A DNA stretch of 64,000 nucleotides, taken from assembly GCA_965226885.1 (NCBI GenBank), contig CBDDEL010000015.1, positions 320,001-384,000 of the forward strand, in the 5' to 3' direction. How positions within the stretch are numbered: position 1 is the stretch's first letter; the number at the start of each line of letters is the position of its first letter. Under the pieces are notes generated by a model. That model had not been told where the DNA came from. It did not search any database and saw nothing but the letters and a program-made list of their open reading frames with translations. A program made the translations under genes and the position numbers. This document shows positions 20,184 through 30,351 of this stretch, piece after piece. This DNA is from Opitutales bacterium (lineage in GTDB: Bacteria > Verrucomicrobiota > Verrucomicrobiia > Opitutales > UBA2987).

Positions 20184-21299
20184 ATGAATATAAGATTATT
20201 TCTAACGATCTCGGCCATCTTCGCCCTGTTTATTCTCAATCCGTTAGTTGCCGGTACGGCCGAAGAGGAATCAGGTGAGGAAAGAAACGTCGGCATCGGT
20301 CTATTTTCATGGAAGGCGCTACCGGATTTTCCGGATGGGATTGGCGTTGCTTTACCCTATACCGGGGTGAGTAACGGCGCCCTCATCATCGCCGGAGGAA
20401 CTCATTTCGTGGGAGAAGGAGAAGACAGGAAAAAGGTCTGGACGGATAGTATTTACGTATTTGAAAAAGGCAATTCGGCCTGGAAGGGTAAATTTACTCT
20501 TAAAAAACCACTATCCTATGGGGCATCCGTCAATATTGACCAGGGAATGCTCTGTCTGGGAGGCAGCGATCCGGTTAAATGCCATGCCGAAGTTTTCATG
20601 CTCGAGTGGATTGACGGAAAAATAAAACAAACGCCCTGCCCGGACCTTCCGGAACCGTGTATGTACATTGCAGCCGCTCTTGTCGGAAACGTTGTCTATG
20701 TCGCCGGGGGCCAACAAATGGTCGACACCGATAAACCGACCAAAACTTTGAGGAAATTCTGGGCCCTTGATCTTTCCAACGATACTCCGGCATGGGAAGA
20801 ACTCGAACCCTGGTCGGGACCCGGACGGATTTTACCTGTGGCCGCTTCACAGGGCGGATCCTTCTATCTCTTCAGCGGGACCGATCTGTTAGAGGCGGAG
20901 GATGGTTCTCCCGGACGCAAGTATTTGAAAGATGCCTACCGTTATAGCCCCGAGGACAGAACCTGGACCCGGTTGACCGATAGCCCCCGCACTTTATTCG
21001 CGGCGGCCTCACCGGCTTTCGATCTTGAGGAATCTCAGATCGCAATTTGTGGTGGCTATGAAGGCGCCGACACTGGCAGCAGTGAAGAAGAAAAAGCCAT
21101 GCGAGTCGGTCTATTCCGCGATATTTTTATCTATAATACCAAAACCGACACATGGTCGACAAAAGGTGAAATTCCTTCGAATCAAATCGTCACGAATGCC
21201 ACCAGATGGGGCCACAGTTATGTAATCCCAAGCGGTGAAGTCGGCGGCGGAGGCATTGGCAATCTCAATGTGTATGTGGCGCTCCACATTGAGTCGTAG
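20184..21299 (+). CDS. Secreted Kelch-repeat protein (NanM/mutarotase-like)
   Basis: Signal peptide; repeated GG..Y..W Kelch blades; 'GPGRILPVA', 'IPSGEV'. Confidence 0.8.
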   Translation: MNIRLFLTISAIFALFILNPLVAGTAEEESGEERNVGIGLFSWKALPDFPDGIGVALPYTGVSNGALIIAGGTHFVGEGEDRKKVWTDSIYVFEKGNSAWKGKFTLKKPLSYGASVNIDQGMLCLGGSDPVKCHAEVFMLEWIDGKIKQTPCPDLPEPCMYIAAALVGNVVYVAGGQQMVDTDKPTKTLRKFWALDLSNDTPAWEELEPWSGPGRILPVAASQGGSFYLFSGTDLLEAEDGSPGRKYLKDAYRYSPEDRTWTRLTDSPRTLFAAASPAFDLEESQIAICGGYEGADTGSSEEEKAMRVGLFRDIFIYNTKTDTWSTKGEIPSNQIVTNATRWGHSYVIPSGEVGGGGIGNLNVYVALHIES

Positions 21300-21307
21300 G
21301 TGATCTT

Positions 21308-24172
21308 TTACCGGTGCCGGTAAGCAACGGAAACAGAACGAAGCACCGGGGTATTGGCTCCGTTGGGCGAGATAAGGCTCGCTTTAAACTGGAAGTGCCG
21401 GGCGTCCCTGGCCAGACTCTTCAGCAGAGAGTGGCGCTCGCGATAGTAACTCACGGGTCCCTCCGGTCCTGTCCAAGTAGTATTCTTGAGCGCTTCGAGG
21501 GTAGGAGCGGCGCGCACTTGAAATTCGATGCCGGTGGCAAAGGGAGTGTCCCCCTCCCAATCCAATGATTCGAAGTCGGCGGCGCGTTCCGCATCCAAGA
21601 CCCTGGAGATGTAATCGAACCGCTCGCCGCGGTGAGCGATGTTGCCGATGTCGTTTACCATCAACCAATGAGGCCCTAGGCCGGGCAGAAGTGTGCGGTG
21701 TTCCGGAGAAAAGCCATCCGGCCCTCCCCAATAGAGAAAGGAATCGTTGCGATGGCTCCCCTCCAGGCGGTGGTTGGAGAAGAGGATGTCCGGGAATCCA
21801 TCGTAATTGTAGTCCGCTACGGTGGCGCCGGAGGCTGAATTGGTCGGCATCATGGTAACCCGCTCGGGGTCGAACCCCTGATCGCTATTCCAGTAGATGC
21901 TGGAGGGGTGGGAACGCGTTTCCCCTGCGTGGTAACTGGTCAGAACCAGGTCCAGGTGGCCGTCGCCGTTCAAGTCCGCCACGGCGGCGTCTTCATTGCC
22001 AACGGTAGGCAGGACCAGCCTCCGTGACTTAGAAAAACCGTCCGCGCTTCCCCAGTAGATAAAGGTGCCCGCTTTATAGTCGCCATCCGCGGTTGTCAGG
22101 TTGCACGAAATGATATCGAGATGACCATCCCGATTGAGATCGGCGACCTCTGTGGCCACCGTCAGTGCTGCCGGGAGTATGGTTTTTCGCACGTTGTCAA
22201 ATCCGTTTGGACCGTTCCAGTAGATCACCAACTCGCTGTGGACGTTCGGAAAAACGATATCCAGATAACCGTCGCCGTTGAAGTCGCCAAACGATTGGCA
22301 GCGTGTTCCGTCGGCTTGGAAAATGAATTGATTGTTGCCCGCAAACCCCATCGGGCCGCCCCAGTGCAGGCTGGCCACCCCGCCCGCCGCGAAATCGCTG
22401 ATGGAAATATCGAGGTAGCCGTCACGATTGTAATCCGCGATAAGGCCGCTGAAGGACATGTTAGACGAGACCAAGGTTTTGTCGCCCGTCGAGTACCCCT
22501 GTTTCGAGCCCCAGTAAACCGCACTCTCGGCCCCCCCCTGGAACAGGTCGACATATCCGTCGTTGTCAATATCCGAGGTGGCGTGTCCTTCGGCCGGAGA
22601 ACCGTAGGGGTGCAAGAGGTCCGAACGCTGATCGACGGAGTAATCCCCCGTTTCATTGCCCCAGTAGATGTAGGCGGGTATCGGCGCGCCGGCGGAGCCG
22701 TCGATCGCGTTGATGAAGACAAGATCCTTCTTTCCGTCCTTGTCAAAGTCGCCCGCGGCGATACTCGCGGCGCCTACAGTCTGCAGATCCAGCCGGCGGC
22801 CGCTGTCAAGCCCATCCGACCCTCCCCAGTAAACGTAGGATGTCGTGCGATGCGACCGCGCGTCGTTATCGTTGGCGAAGATGAGGTCCTGGTGGCCGTC
22901 GTTGTTGATGTCGTCGATCAGACAATCTTGGGGATTGAGGGTCGGAAAGGTGCTGCGCCGGTGAGCCTGGAAGCCCTGCGGGCTGTTCCAGTAGACATAG
23001 GAGCCGGCTCCAGCAGACGCGGCGGCGTGGCCGGTCAGTTGCGGACCATTGGCAAATGCCAGGTCGATGAGACCGTCTCCATTGAGGTCGCCCGCCGCCA
23101 CTCCTGCCGCCGCCAGCGTCGGCAATTCGGTTCGGCGTGCCGCCTCGTAACCTTCTCTGGAACCCCAGTATATGAAGGAAGAGATGGCGTCCGTGACAGA
23201 GTCCGTGTCCAGTTCGCGTTTCTCCTCCGGGTCACGTTTGAGGGGGCGGTAACGGTTGGCCACCACGATATCGGGGAAGCGGTCGCCGTCGAGGTCTGCG
23301 AGGGCGAGGGCGGCACTCCGCTCGCCAGGGAGAGTCGTCCGCCGCTTTTCGGAATATTTCTCCTGCCCTTTTCCCTGCCCTTTTCCCCAATAAATCATTA
23401 CGTTGCCCGATTGCTGTCCATCGCCTTGATTCGAAAAAACGATGTCGAGCGCACCGTCCGTGTTCAGGTCGGCTATTTTAACGTCGGTAGCGGCCTGGGT
23501 AGGGAGGTGGGAGAGTTTCTTGGTTGAGAAACCTTCTTTTGAGCCCCAGTAGATGGTGGAGTAGTTCCCCGGTTTCATTGACGTGTCCTTCGTATTCGCG
23601 CTGTTGGCAAAGACCAGATCGAGAAATCCGTCCGCGTTGAGATCCTCGATAGCTGCTCCGGTGGCTCCGTTAGTCGGAAGTTCCGCCCGACGCTCCTCGT
23701 CGAATCCATCCTGGCTTCCCCAGTAAATGTAGGAGTTGGTGTTCGACTTTACCCCGTTGTTTCCGTTGACGACAACGAGGTCTTCGAACCCGTCGCGATT
23801 GAGATCGGCGATGGCCTGCGCCTGGCCTCCATCGCTCGGCAATCGCGTCCGTTGGCCTACTTCGAAACCGTCAACTCCCCAGTAGATGAAGAGGTCGATT
23901 TGGGTGTTGTTGTCATGGGTATTGGCAAATACGATGTCGAGAAATCCGTCATCATTCAGGTCCGACTGGCTAACCAGGCGGATCTCCCCCGCTGCGGTCA
24001 CATAGGTGTTGGCGCCGCCGTCTTGGAGGGTCCCTTCGCTGAATTCGAGGAAGGTCGAAACGGTCCAGGTTTCGGTCGCATAGACCCCTGAGGTCGCATA
24101 GACCCCTGACACAGCGGAGAGGAAAATTCCGAGTAGAATTGGGGAAACAATCGCCGTTCGTCGCAAGGTCAC
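21308..24172 (-). CDS. Large secreted FG-GAP/VCBS repeat protein
   Basis: Signal peptide; many DLNxDGxxD Ca-binding repeats each followed by (I/V)YWG. Confidence 0.9.
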   Translation of the reverse strand: MTLRRTAIVSPILLGIFLSAVSGVYATSGVYATETWTVSTFLEFSEGTLQDGGANTYVTAAGEIRLVSQSDLNDDGFLDIVFANTHDNNTQIDLFIYWGVDGFEVGQRTRLPSDGGQAQAIADLNRDGFEDLVVVNGNNGVKSNTNSYIYWGSQDGFDEERRAELPTNGATGAAIEDLNADGFLDLVFANSANTKDTSMKPGNYSTIYWGSKEGFSTKKLSHLPTQAATDVKIADLNTDGALDIVFSNQGDGQQSGNVMIYWGKGQGKGQEKYSEKRRTTLPGERSAALALADLDGDRFPDIVVANRYRPLKRDPEEKRELDTDSVTDAISSFIYWGSREGYEAARRTELPTLAAAGVAAGDLNGDGLIDLAFANGPQLTGHAAASAGAGSYVYWNSPQGFQAHRRSTFPTLNPQDCLIDDINNDGHQDLIFANDNDARSHRTTSYVYWGGSDGLDSGRRLDLQTVGAASIAAGDFDKDGKKDLVFINAIDGSAGAPIPAYIYWGNETGDYSVDQRSDLLHPYGSPAEGHATSDIDNDGYVDLFQGGAESAVYWGSKQGYSTGDKTLVSSNMSFSGLIADYNRDGYLDISISDFAAGGVASLHWGGPMGFAGNNQFIFQADGTRCQSFGDFNGDGYLDIVFPNVHSELVIYWNGPNGFDNVRKTILPAALTVATEVADLNRDGHLDIISCNLTTADGDYKAGTFIYWGSADGFSKSRRLVLPTVGNEDAAVADLNGDGHLDLVLTSYHAGETRSHPSSIYWNSDQGFDPERVTMMPTNSASGATVADYNYDGFPDILFSNHRLEGSHRNDSFLYWGGPDGFSPEHRTLLPGLGPHWLMVNDIGNIAHRGERFDYISRVLDAERAADFESLDWEGDTPFATGIEFQVRAAPTLEALKNTTWTGPEGPVSYYRERHSLLKSLARDARHFQFKASLISPNGANTPVLRSVSVAYRHR

Positions 24173-24423
24173 TATACCCCTTGATTGTTGGATTCTGTGT
24201 TGGCATAGTCAATCTTACAAAGCTGGATAGATATTATGTCCACTGAAAGATCCTTGTCCTGCAGGGCCGCATCCCCCATATAAAAGATCGTTCCTGACTT
24301 AACAACGTTCAGCCATTCCATCATCATGAAATCGCGGAGAGCCGGGTGAAATCGCGGAGAGCCGGGGAGGATTTCAGTAACCGGCTGGCAAGTTGCCTGT
24401 CTCCGCACTCCATAACAAAATAA

Positions 24424-25491
24424 GTGAAAAACACCCAAAATAACGACCGGCCGCGGGCTGTCTGGCGCACTGATAAAAAAGGAAGGGATTTGCTGATCCT
24501 GGAAAACGATTGCATCCGAGTAACCGCCTGGCCCGCTTTTGGCGGTGCTGTGCTGGAATTCGTGGACTGCGGGTCCGGGATTGACGTTATGTGGCACAAT
24601 CCACTGTTGGAACCGTTACGACCCTGTCTTTCCGCTCAGCCCGTCGAGGGCTATAGCGATTTGTATGATTTCCTCGATGGCTCCTGGTTTCTGTCACTGC
24701 CAACCGGTTTTTTTCCGACTTCTTATTATGGAGCCCCCATCGGCGCCCACGGAGAATTGCGTTCGGTCTGCTGGGAGGTCGTCGATATAGCCGAGTCGGA
24801 TTCCCGCCTCGAGGTCCGGGTGGTTGGAAACTCGATCCGCACTCCCTTACGGGTAGAGCGAACATGGACGTTATTTTCCGGCAGCAAATCCTTGATCTGG
24901 AGGGAGCGGGTCATCAATCGGAGCACCAAAGATCGACCGGTGTCATGGTTGCATCACCCGGCATTTGGAGGACCCCTGGTAGATGGTGGCGAGTTGCGTG
25001 TGTCGTGCCGTGAGGTGGCAGTCTATGAGGGATTCGATCCCGATCAGGTCCAGGTCCAGCCGGGCTATCGTGGGGATTGGCCCTGGGTTCCCGAGACGGA
25101 GTTAGGCGGCGGGCAGCAGCGGGATTGCAGCCGGGTGCCACCGGCCGGCAGCGGCAAGGATCATTCAATCATGCTTACCGGTTTTGATATAGGGTGGGGC
25201 TGTCTTTGGAATCCCGGTCTGGATTTGGGGTTCGGTCTTCGCTGGGATGAAACCATTTTTCCCTGGGCATGGAGCTGGATGAATGCTGGTGGACCCGAGG
25301 ACTACCCCCTTTGGGGACAGGGACATTTGGCTACGCTACAACCCGGGACCTCACCGGTCGGTCGGTTCGAGGATCTTGTGGAATCAGGACAGGTTAGGTT
25401 CATTCCGGCGCAAGGTTCCCTCGAGACGGTGTTTGTCAGTGGTTTTCTTATCGATCCCGACGCTCCCCTGGCGCTTCCCGAGCTGAATTAG
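24424..25491 (+). CDS. Aldose 1-epimerase / galactose mutarotase-like protein
   Basis: LILENDCIRV, HGE, WLHHPAFG, FGLRWD. Confidence 0.7.
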   Translation: MKNTQNNDRPRAVWRTDKKGRDLLILENDCIRVTAWPAFGGAVLEFVDCGSGIDVMWHNPLLEPLRPCLSAQPVEGYSDLYDFLDGSWFLSLPTGFFPTSYYGAPIGAHGELRSVCWEVVDIAESDSRLEVRVVGNSIRTPLRVERTWTLFSGSKSLIWRERVINRSTKDRPVSWLHHPAFGGPLVDGGELRVSCREVAVYEGFDPDQVQVQPGYRGDWPWVPETELGGGQQRDCSRVPPAGSGKDHSIMLTGFDIGWGCLWNPGLDLGFGLRWDETIFPWAWSWMNAGGPEDYPLWGQGHLATLQPGTSPVGRFEDLVESGQVRFIPAQGSLETVFVSGFLIDPDAPLALPELN

Positions 25492-25499
25492 AAAAACGG

Positions 25500-26597
25500 A
25501 TGAGTATCTGGAAATATGAAGACCTGTTACCGTCTGTGGCGGTGAAATGGCAGATGAGCCTCGGAGAAGGCGGGGCGCCCTTGATCAAATCGAGGAGAAT
25601 CGGGCCGTCCCTCGGGATGGAGAACCTTTTCTTCAAACTGGAGACGGTAAATCCAACGGGATCCTATAAAGACCGTTTCGCGGCCGCGGCGATCAGCTTT
25701 CAGTTGGCCTCCGGTAGTCGATTCTGTCTCGGCACTTCCAGCGGCAATACAGGATCGGCCCTGGCAGCGTATGCGGCCGCGGCGGGCGTGCCTTGCCTCC
25801 TCGCCATCGTCGATACAGTCCCAGAGGGAAAGCTAAGGCAAATGATGGCCTATGGCGCCAAACTGTTTAGAATCCGTGAATTTGGAATAGATCCCGGGTT
25901 GACGGCCGAAATCATTGACGGATTGCCAACGCTGGCGGAGGAGATGCAGGCTACCATGGAAGTCAGCGCTTTTGTCATTTCACCCCTCGGCATGGCAGGT
26001 GTTCAGACGATCAGCTATGAACTGGCCGAGCAACTACCGGAGGGAATCGCTCACGTATTTACTCCCAGTGGCGGTGGCGGCCTTACCCTGGCAGTTGAAC
26101 GAGGATTCTCGCTTTTGCGCGCTAAGCGGGACTATCCCCTTCCCGCCGTGCATTGTGTGCAACCCGAGGGGAACAACACGATTGCGGGTCCGCTCCGTTC
26201 CGGGGAGTCTCAGGCGAAGCAGTGTGTCAGCACCACGGAAGTCAGTGGCTTGCAAGTCGGAAACGTTCATGATGGACATATGACACTCGAGGCCTGCAGA
26301 AATTCCGGAGGGACCGGCCATCTCGTGAGCGATGAAGCGGTTTTCGCGATGCAAGCCCGTTTGGCCCGCGATGAAGGCGTATTTTGTGAGCCGGCCGGAG
26401 CGGTTTCGGTGACAGCTCTGCAAGCCGCCCTTGCAGAGGAAGATATCTCCCCCCAAGATGTCGTCGTCTGCCTGATTACGGGAACGGGTTTCAAGGATGA
26501 ACGGTCTGTCGAGCGGATGACTGCCAACGAAGTTTGTCCTCGCCTGGATTCCTTTGCGGCCTTTGCCGAGTCTATTCGGGAATGCGTTCAACCCTGA
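25500..26597 (+). CDS. Threonine synthase-like fold type II PLP enzyme
   Basis: SLGEG, NPTGSYKDR, SSGNTG, FCEPAGA, ITGTGFK. Confidence 0.88.
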   Translation: MSIWKYEDLLPSVAVKWQMSLGEGGAPLIKSRRIGPSLGMENLFFKLETVNPTGSYKDRFAAAAISFQLASGSRFCLGTSSGNTGSALAAYAAAAGVPCLLAIVDTVPEGKLRQMMAYGAKLFRIREFGIDPGLTAEIIDGLPTLAEEMQATMEVSAFVISPLGMAGVQTISYELAEQLPEGIAHVFTPSGGGGLTLAVERGFSLLRAKRDYPLPAVHCVQPEGNNTIAGPLRSGESQAKQCVSTTEVSGLQVGNVHDGHMTLEACRNSGGTGHLVSDEAVFAMQARLARDEGVFCEPAGAVSVTALQAALAEEDISPQDVVVCLITGTGFKDERSVERMTANEVCPRLDSFAAFAESIRECVQP

Positions 26598-26656
26598 CAG
26601 AAATCAATTTTCCCCTTGAACCTAAATTCAACAATAGATAATTTTTTATATTAATT

Positions 26657-27481
26657 ATGGAGGTTATTGAAAAAAATTCGACCGAGGTTTTCTCGCTGCT
26701 GGACGACCTCGATCACGATGGTTACTGCATCGTTCGCGAGGTGATTCCATCAGAAGATATTCCTAATTTGCACGACTCGATTGCCGCCTCGGTACGTGAA
26801 CACTCCTCGCTCCCTCTGCCGACAGGATACGTGACCGGTTTTCTGCGAGTCAATCAGGCAATCGCCCCCTACCTGACCGATCCCCGGCTTATGGCGGTGG
26901 TCAACCACCTTTTCGGAGAGTTTCCAAATATCTCCATGATAACCGGAACGGTTAATGGGCGCGGCATTCCTCGCGGGGACGTTCATGCAGACTGGCCCTA
27001 CAACCAAAACCACCGCAGTCGTGTCCGCGCGCCTTATCCAGATGTGATCATGAATCTGGTCACGATGTGGATGATAACCGATTATACGGTAGAAACCGGG
27101 GGAACTATTATCATACCGGGAAGCCACAAGCGTAATTATGCCCCTGAACACGGCACTGCCATCGACCCTAAAAGCAAACACGAGGGAGAAACCCAATTGG
27201 TTGGCAAAGCAGGTGATGTGGGCGTGTTCGACGCCCGCACCTGGCATGCCATAGCCCCGAACATCAGCAGCCGGGATCGCGTCGGAGTAATCGTGCGATA
27301 TGCGCCCTGGTGGATGAACCTCAATCCCCTCAAACCAGGAACCCGGGAACGCCGGCTGATGGTTGAAAACACTAGTGGCGGAGACCCCGAAGTCGCTCTT
27401 CTGCCCAGGTCGATCTACGAGAAATTACCGGAGGAACTGAAGCCACTGATCGACCATTTGGTGGTGGAGAATGGGAGTTGA
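26657..27481 (+). CDS. PhyH-family Fe(II)/2OG dioxygenase
   Basis: HAD (HxD), PGSHK, WH, R motifs. Confidence 0.88.
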   Translation: MEVIEKNSTEVFSLLDDLDHDGYCIVREVIPSEDIPNLHDSIAASVREHSSLPLPTGYVTGFLRVNQAIAPYLTDPRLMAVVNHLFGEFPNISMITGTVNGRGIPRGDVHADWPYNQNHRSRVRAPYPDVIMNLVTMWMITDYTVETGGTIIIPGSHKRNYAPEHGTAIDPKSKHEGETQLVGKAGDVGVFDARTWHAIAPNISSRDRVGVIVRYAPWWMNLNPLKPGTRERRLMVENTSGGDPEVALLPRSIYEKLPEELKPLIDHLVVENGS

Positions 27482-28467
27482 TGGGAAATGGGGTTAAGGC
27501 TATCAGCCTCAGCCGACTTGGGTTGGGGGGAGCGCTCTTTGGACGGGAGATTGACGAGGCGGCCAGCCGAAAAATCCTCGATTATGCTTTGGAGCAAGAC
27601 ATCTCCCTGATCGATACGGCAGAGGCTTATGGCGGGGGCAATGCTCGTTCCTATAGGCAGAAAGTTTGTGGTGTCGATGATATCCGGGAAGTCTCCGACG
27701 AAATGCATTCCTCAGAAAAAATCATCGGTCGTTGGCTGCGGGACCGGAATATCCGAAAGGACGTCACACTTTGCACGAAAGTCAGCACCGGAGGAAAGGC
27801 CGCCAACGTCCACCGGGCGGTCAGGGGAAGTCTGGAACGATTGCAAACGGATGTTATCAATATTTACATGATGCATACTCCGGATGCGGAGGTCCCTCTG
27901 GAGGAGACCCTTGAGGCCCTTACGGAAGAGGTAAATGCGGGCACCATTCGGGCAATCGGGTGCAGCAATTTTTCACACCATCAATTGGCTGAAGCTCTTG
28001 ATCTAAGCCAAACCCGAGGCTACGCCCGCATGGAATACATCCAGCCGCCCTTTAGTTTGGCCGGCGCCAGGGCACGCATCGACCTGCTGCCCCTTTGCCT
28101 GGAGGAAAAAGTGGCCACAATGGCCTATAGCCCGCTGGCGGCAGGTTTTCTGGCCGGAAAATATACCCCCTCCCGAGACTCTATTCCCAAAGGCACTCGC
28201 TTCGATGTAATCCCCGGGCATATCGACATATATTTCAAAGAGAATAATTTTAAAATACTCGATTTGCTCCGCGCCTTATCGGCGGATTTGGGACTTGGGA
28301 TGGTCAACCTGGCAATGGCCTGGGTGCTCGCTTACCCTGGCATCACCTCGGTTTTGGTCGGGGCAAGGAAGAAGGCACACATCGACAATGCTCTCGATTG
28401 CCTGCGAAACCCTCTTTCCGAGGAACTATTCCAGCGTATGACAAGCTGGCTGGGTGAAGCCGATTAA
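27478..28467 (+). CDS. Aldo/keto reductase
   Basis: DTAEAYG, SLERLQTD, IGCSNF, YSPLAAGFL. Confidence 0.92.
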   Translation: MMGNGVKAISLSRLGLGGALFGREIDEAASRKILDYALEQDISLIDTAEAYGGGNARSYRQKVCGVDDIREVSDEMHSSEKIIGRWLRDRNIRKDVTLCTKVSTGGKAANVHRAVRGSLERLQTDVINIYMMHTPDAEVPLEETLEALTEEVNAGTIRAIGCSNFSHHQLAEALDLSQTRGYARMEYIQPPFSLAGARARIDLLPLCLEEKVATMAYSPLAAGFLAGKYTPSRDSIPKGTRFDVIPGHIDIYFKENNFKILDLLRALSADLGLGMVNLAMAWVLAYPGITSVLVGARKKAHIDNALDCLRNPLSEELFQRMTSWLGEAD

Positions 28468-28535
28468 TTGCCTTTAATTCGGACTTCACCTCCTTGTCGC
28501 GGTAAGGGGTAAAATTGGGTTCAGAATACTAACTA

Positions 28536-30338
28536 GAGGCTGTCCCAAAAGGGTGATTTTTGCGAGGGCTTTTGATAGGCGCTCATTTTAGAGGTATTTG
28601 CATTTGGGAGAGTATCAACTTTGCTCTCCTATGACGTTAGGATACTGGTTTTGGGGTCCGGTTGCCTGGTTTTCTTTGTATGAGCCGACAGTAAGGCTGT
28701 GAAAAAGTATTGTCCTTGCTTTTCCGCTCTCTAGGCCGCCGCTTTGGTTTTTAGTTCGTCTTGCTGGGCCAGCATCTTGGCTACTTTCCATAGGTTGTGC
28801 GAGAGTACCGACCAGGCTACGCTGATCGAGCGGTTGGCAAAGCCTTTGCTGCGCAACCGCCCGGCCTGCCAGCGATTCTTCAATACCCCGATCCGCCCTT
28901 CGGTGCTGGCCCGGCGCTTTTGCAATTGTCTGAACAGTGGTTCCTCCCTCCGTTTTTTCAACTGCTTCGGATCGCGTGGACAGAGCGCGTCGTAGATTCC
29001 CTCCTGGGCTAACTGCCGGCGGGCCCGCTGGGAGGCAAATCCCCGGTCCGCGCACATGGCCGCTATGGGTTCTTCCAGGTTGAAGCGGTTCTGTCTTTGC
29101 AAACTCTCTTGCATTTGTTCATTTTCGCTTGGAGTTCGGCTGCCGTAGAGTTTCCAGTCCAGCAGGTACCCTTCAACGCTTTCTCCCAAAAACAGGGTGT
29201 TGCCGAACTCGACCTCTTGGCCCGCTTTACCTCGCACAATCACCTGCCCATCGAGTTCGTAAACACTCAAGACTTTCTCTGCGTTTTTCACCTGGCGGCC
29301 GCCAATGATCCGCTCGTGCGCCTGTTTGATGACCACCGGGATTTGCTCGCTCATGCGCTCCATCCGGGCGAGGATCTGTTGGACCTGTTTTTCGCTGTAA
29401 TCGCTTTGCTCCCAGCAGGCTTGCAATAATTCCCGGTGACTGCGGGCATGCTCCCCGATCCGTTTGAGCAGCTTTTTCATCTGCCTCAAGATACCCTTGC
29501 GCTGCCGCGCGCTGTCCTTTCGCCGCCGGCTGTGGGTCATCTGTATGCACAGCCGATTCATCTGCCGAGCCAAGGGCTCCGGTTCGATCGGCATGCGATG
29601 GCGCAAACCGGCCTTCTCGCGGATCAGCCGGATCGCTTTGAGCAACGTGCCGGCTACATCCTTGAGTAATACCCAGTCCGTCGGCCAATGAATGTTAGCC
29701 TCTAAACAGGTGTCGTCGATCAGGCAAATGGTGGTGTCAATCGGCTTGTCCAATCCCACCTGCCGGGCCAGAAGGGCATCGCCCACCACCTCAGTCAAGG
29801 TCCGGTGCAAGGCCCTCAACTGCTCTTCGCTGAAAAACTTCGAGGCCCGCTCCAGGGTGCTTTTGGAGATGCCCCTGATGCCATCGATCTGCCGGACACG
29901 GCAAAAGTCGGCCAACAGATCGCTGCTGCCCAGAGCCCGCGACAAATGCCGAAACGAAATCCCTCCGAGCAGACGGCCCAGCGTATCCATGCGCAGTGCC
30001 TTGATGGCAAAACTGGCCCGCTGCCGCCGGGCCTTTAGACCCATTGGCGGCCACCCCTCCAAGGCCAGCTCAATGGCCTGCGATTCCACCTCCGAGTCGA
30101 TCAATGGTGGCGCGGAAGTTATCGTAATCGAGGCACCGGTCGACCACAGTTAAAGCTGGACGCAGGAGGCATTGGATGGCTATATTTTTCATAGACATAG
30201 AGAGGGCTATATTGATTTTCGCTAACTCAATTATAGAACCCTTTTTTGGCCGGATCGAGCAAAAACTTGCTCTTTCCGGCTCTTTTTATCAACGTCATCC
30301 AGTTGACTATAAAATCTTTATATTTTTGGGACAGCCTC
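28536..30338 (-). mobile_element. IS5/ISNCY-like insertion sequence copy 2 (1803 bp)
   Basis: Same IRs as copy 1; flanked by TAACTA direct repeats (28530-28535 and 30339-30344). Confidence 0.92.
28731..30192 (-). pseudogene. IS5/ISNCY-like transposase with 20-bp deletion near 30100
   Basis: Relative to copy 1, lacks 20 bp between TGATCGA repeats (copy-1 positions 1625 and 1645), disconnecting the ATG at 30192. Confidence 0.85.
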
Positions 30339-30351
30339 TAACTAGATATGA

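Noticed and set aside
22121..23527. 468-aa plus-strand ORF, and similar long overlapping ORFs at 12189, 32316, 49167 and 53199
   Set aside because: Antisense shadows of well-supported GC-rich genes; no recognisable motifs.
24172..24597. 141-aa minus-strand ORF upstream of the FG-GAP gene
   Set aside because: Overlaps the epimerase antisense, spans a 20-bp duplication and has no recognisable motif.
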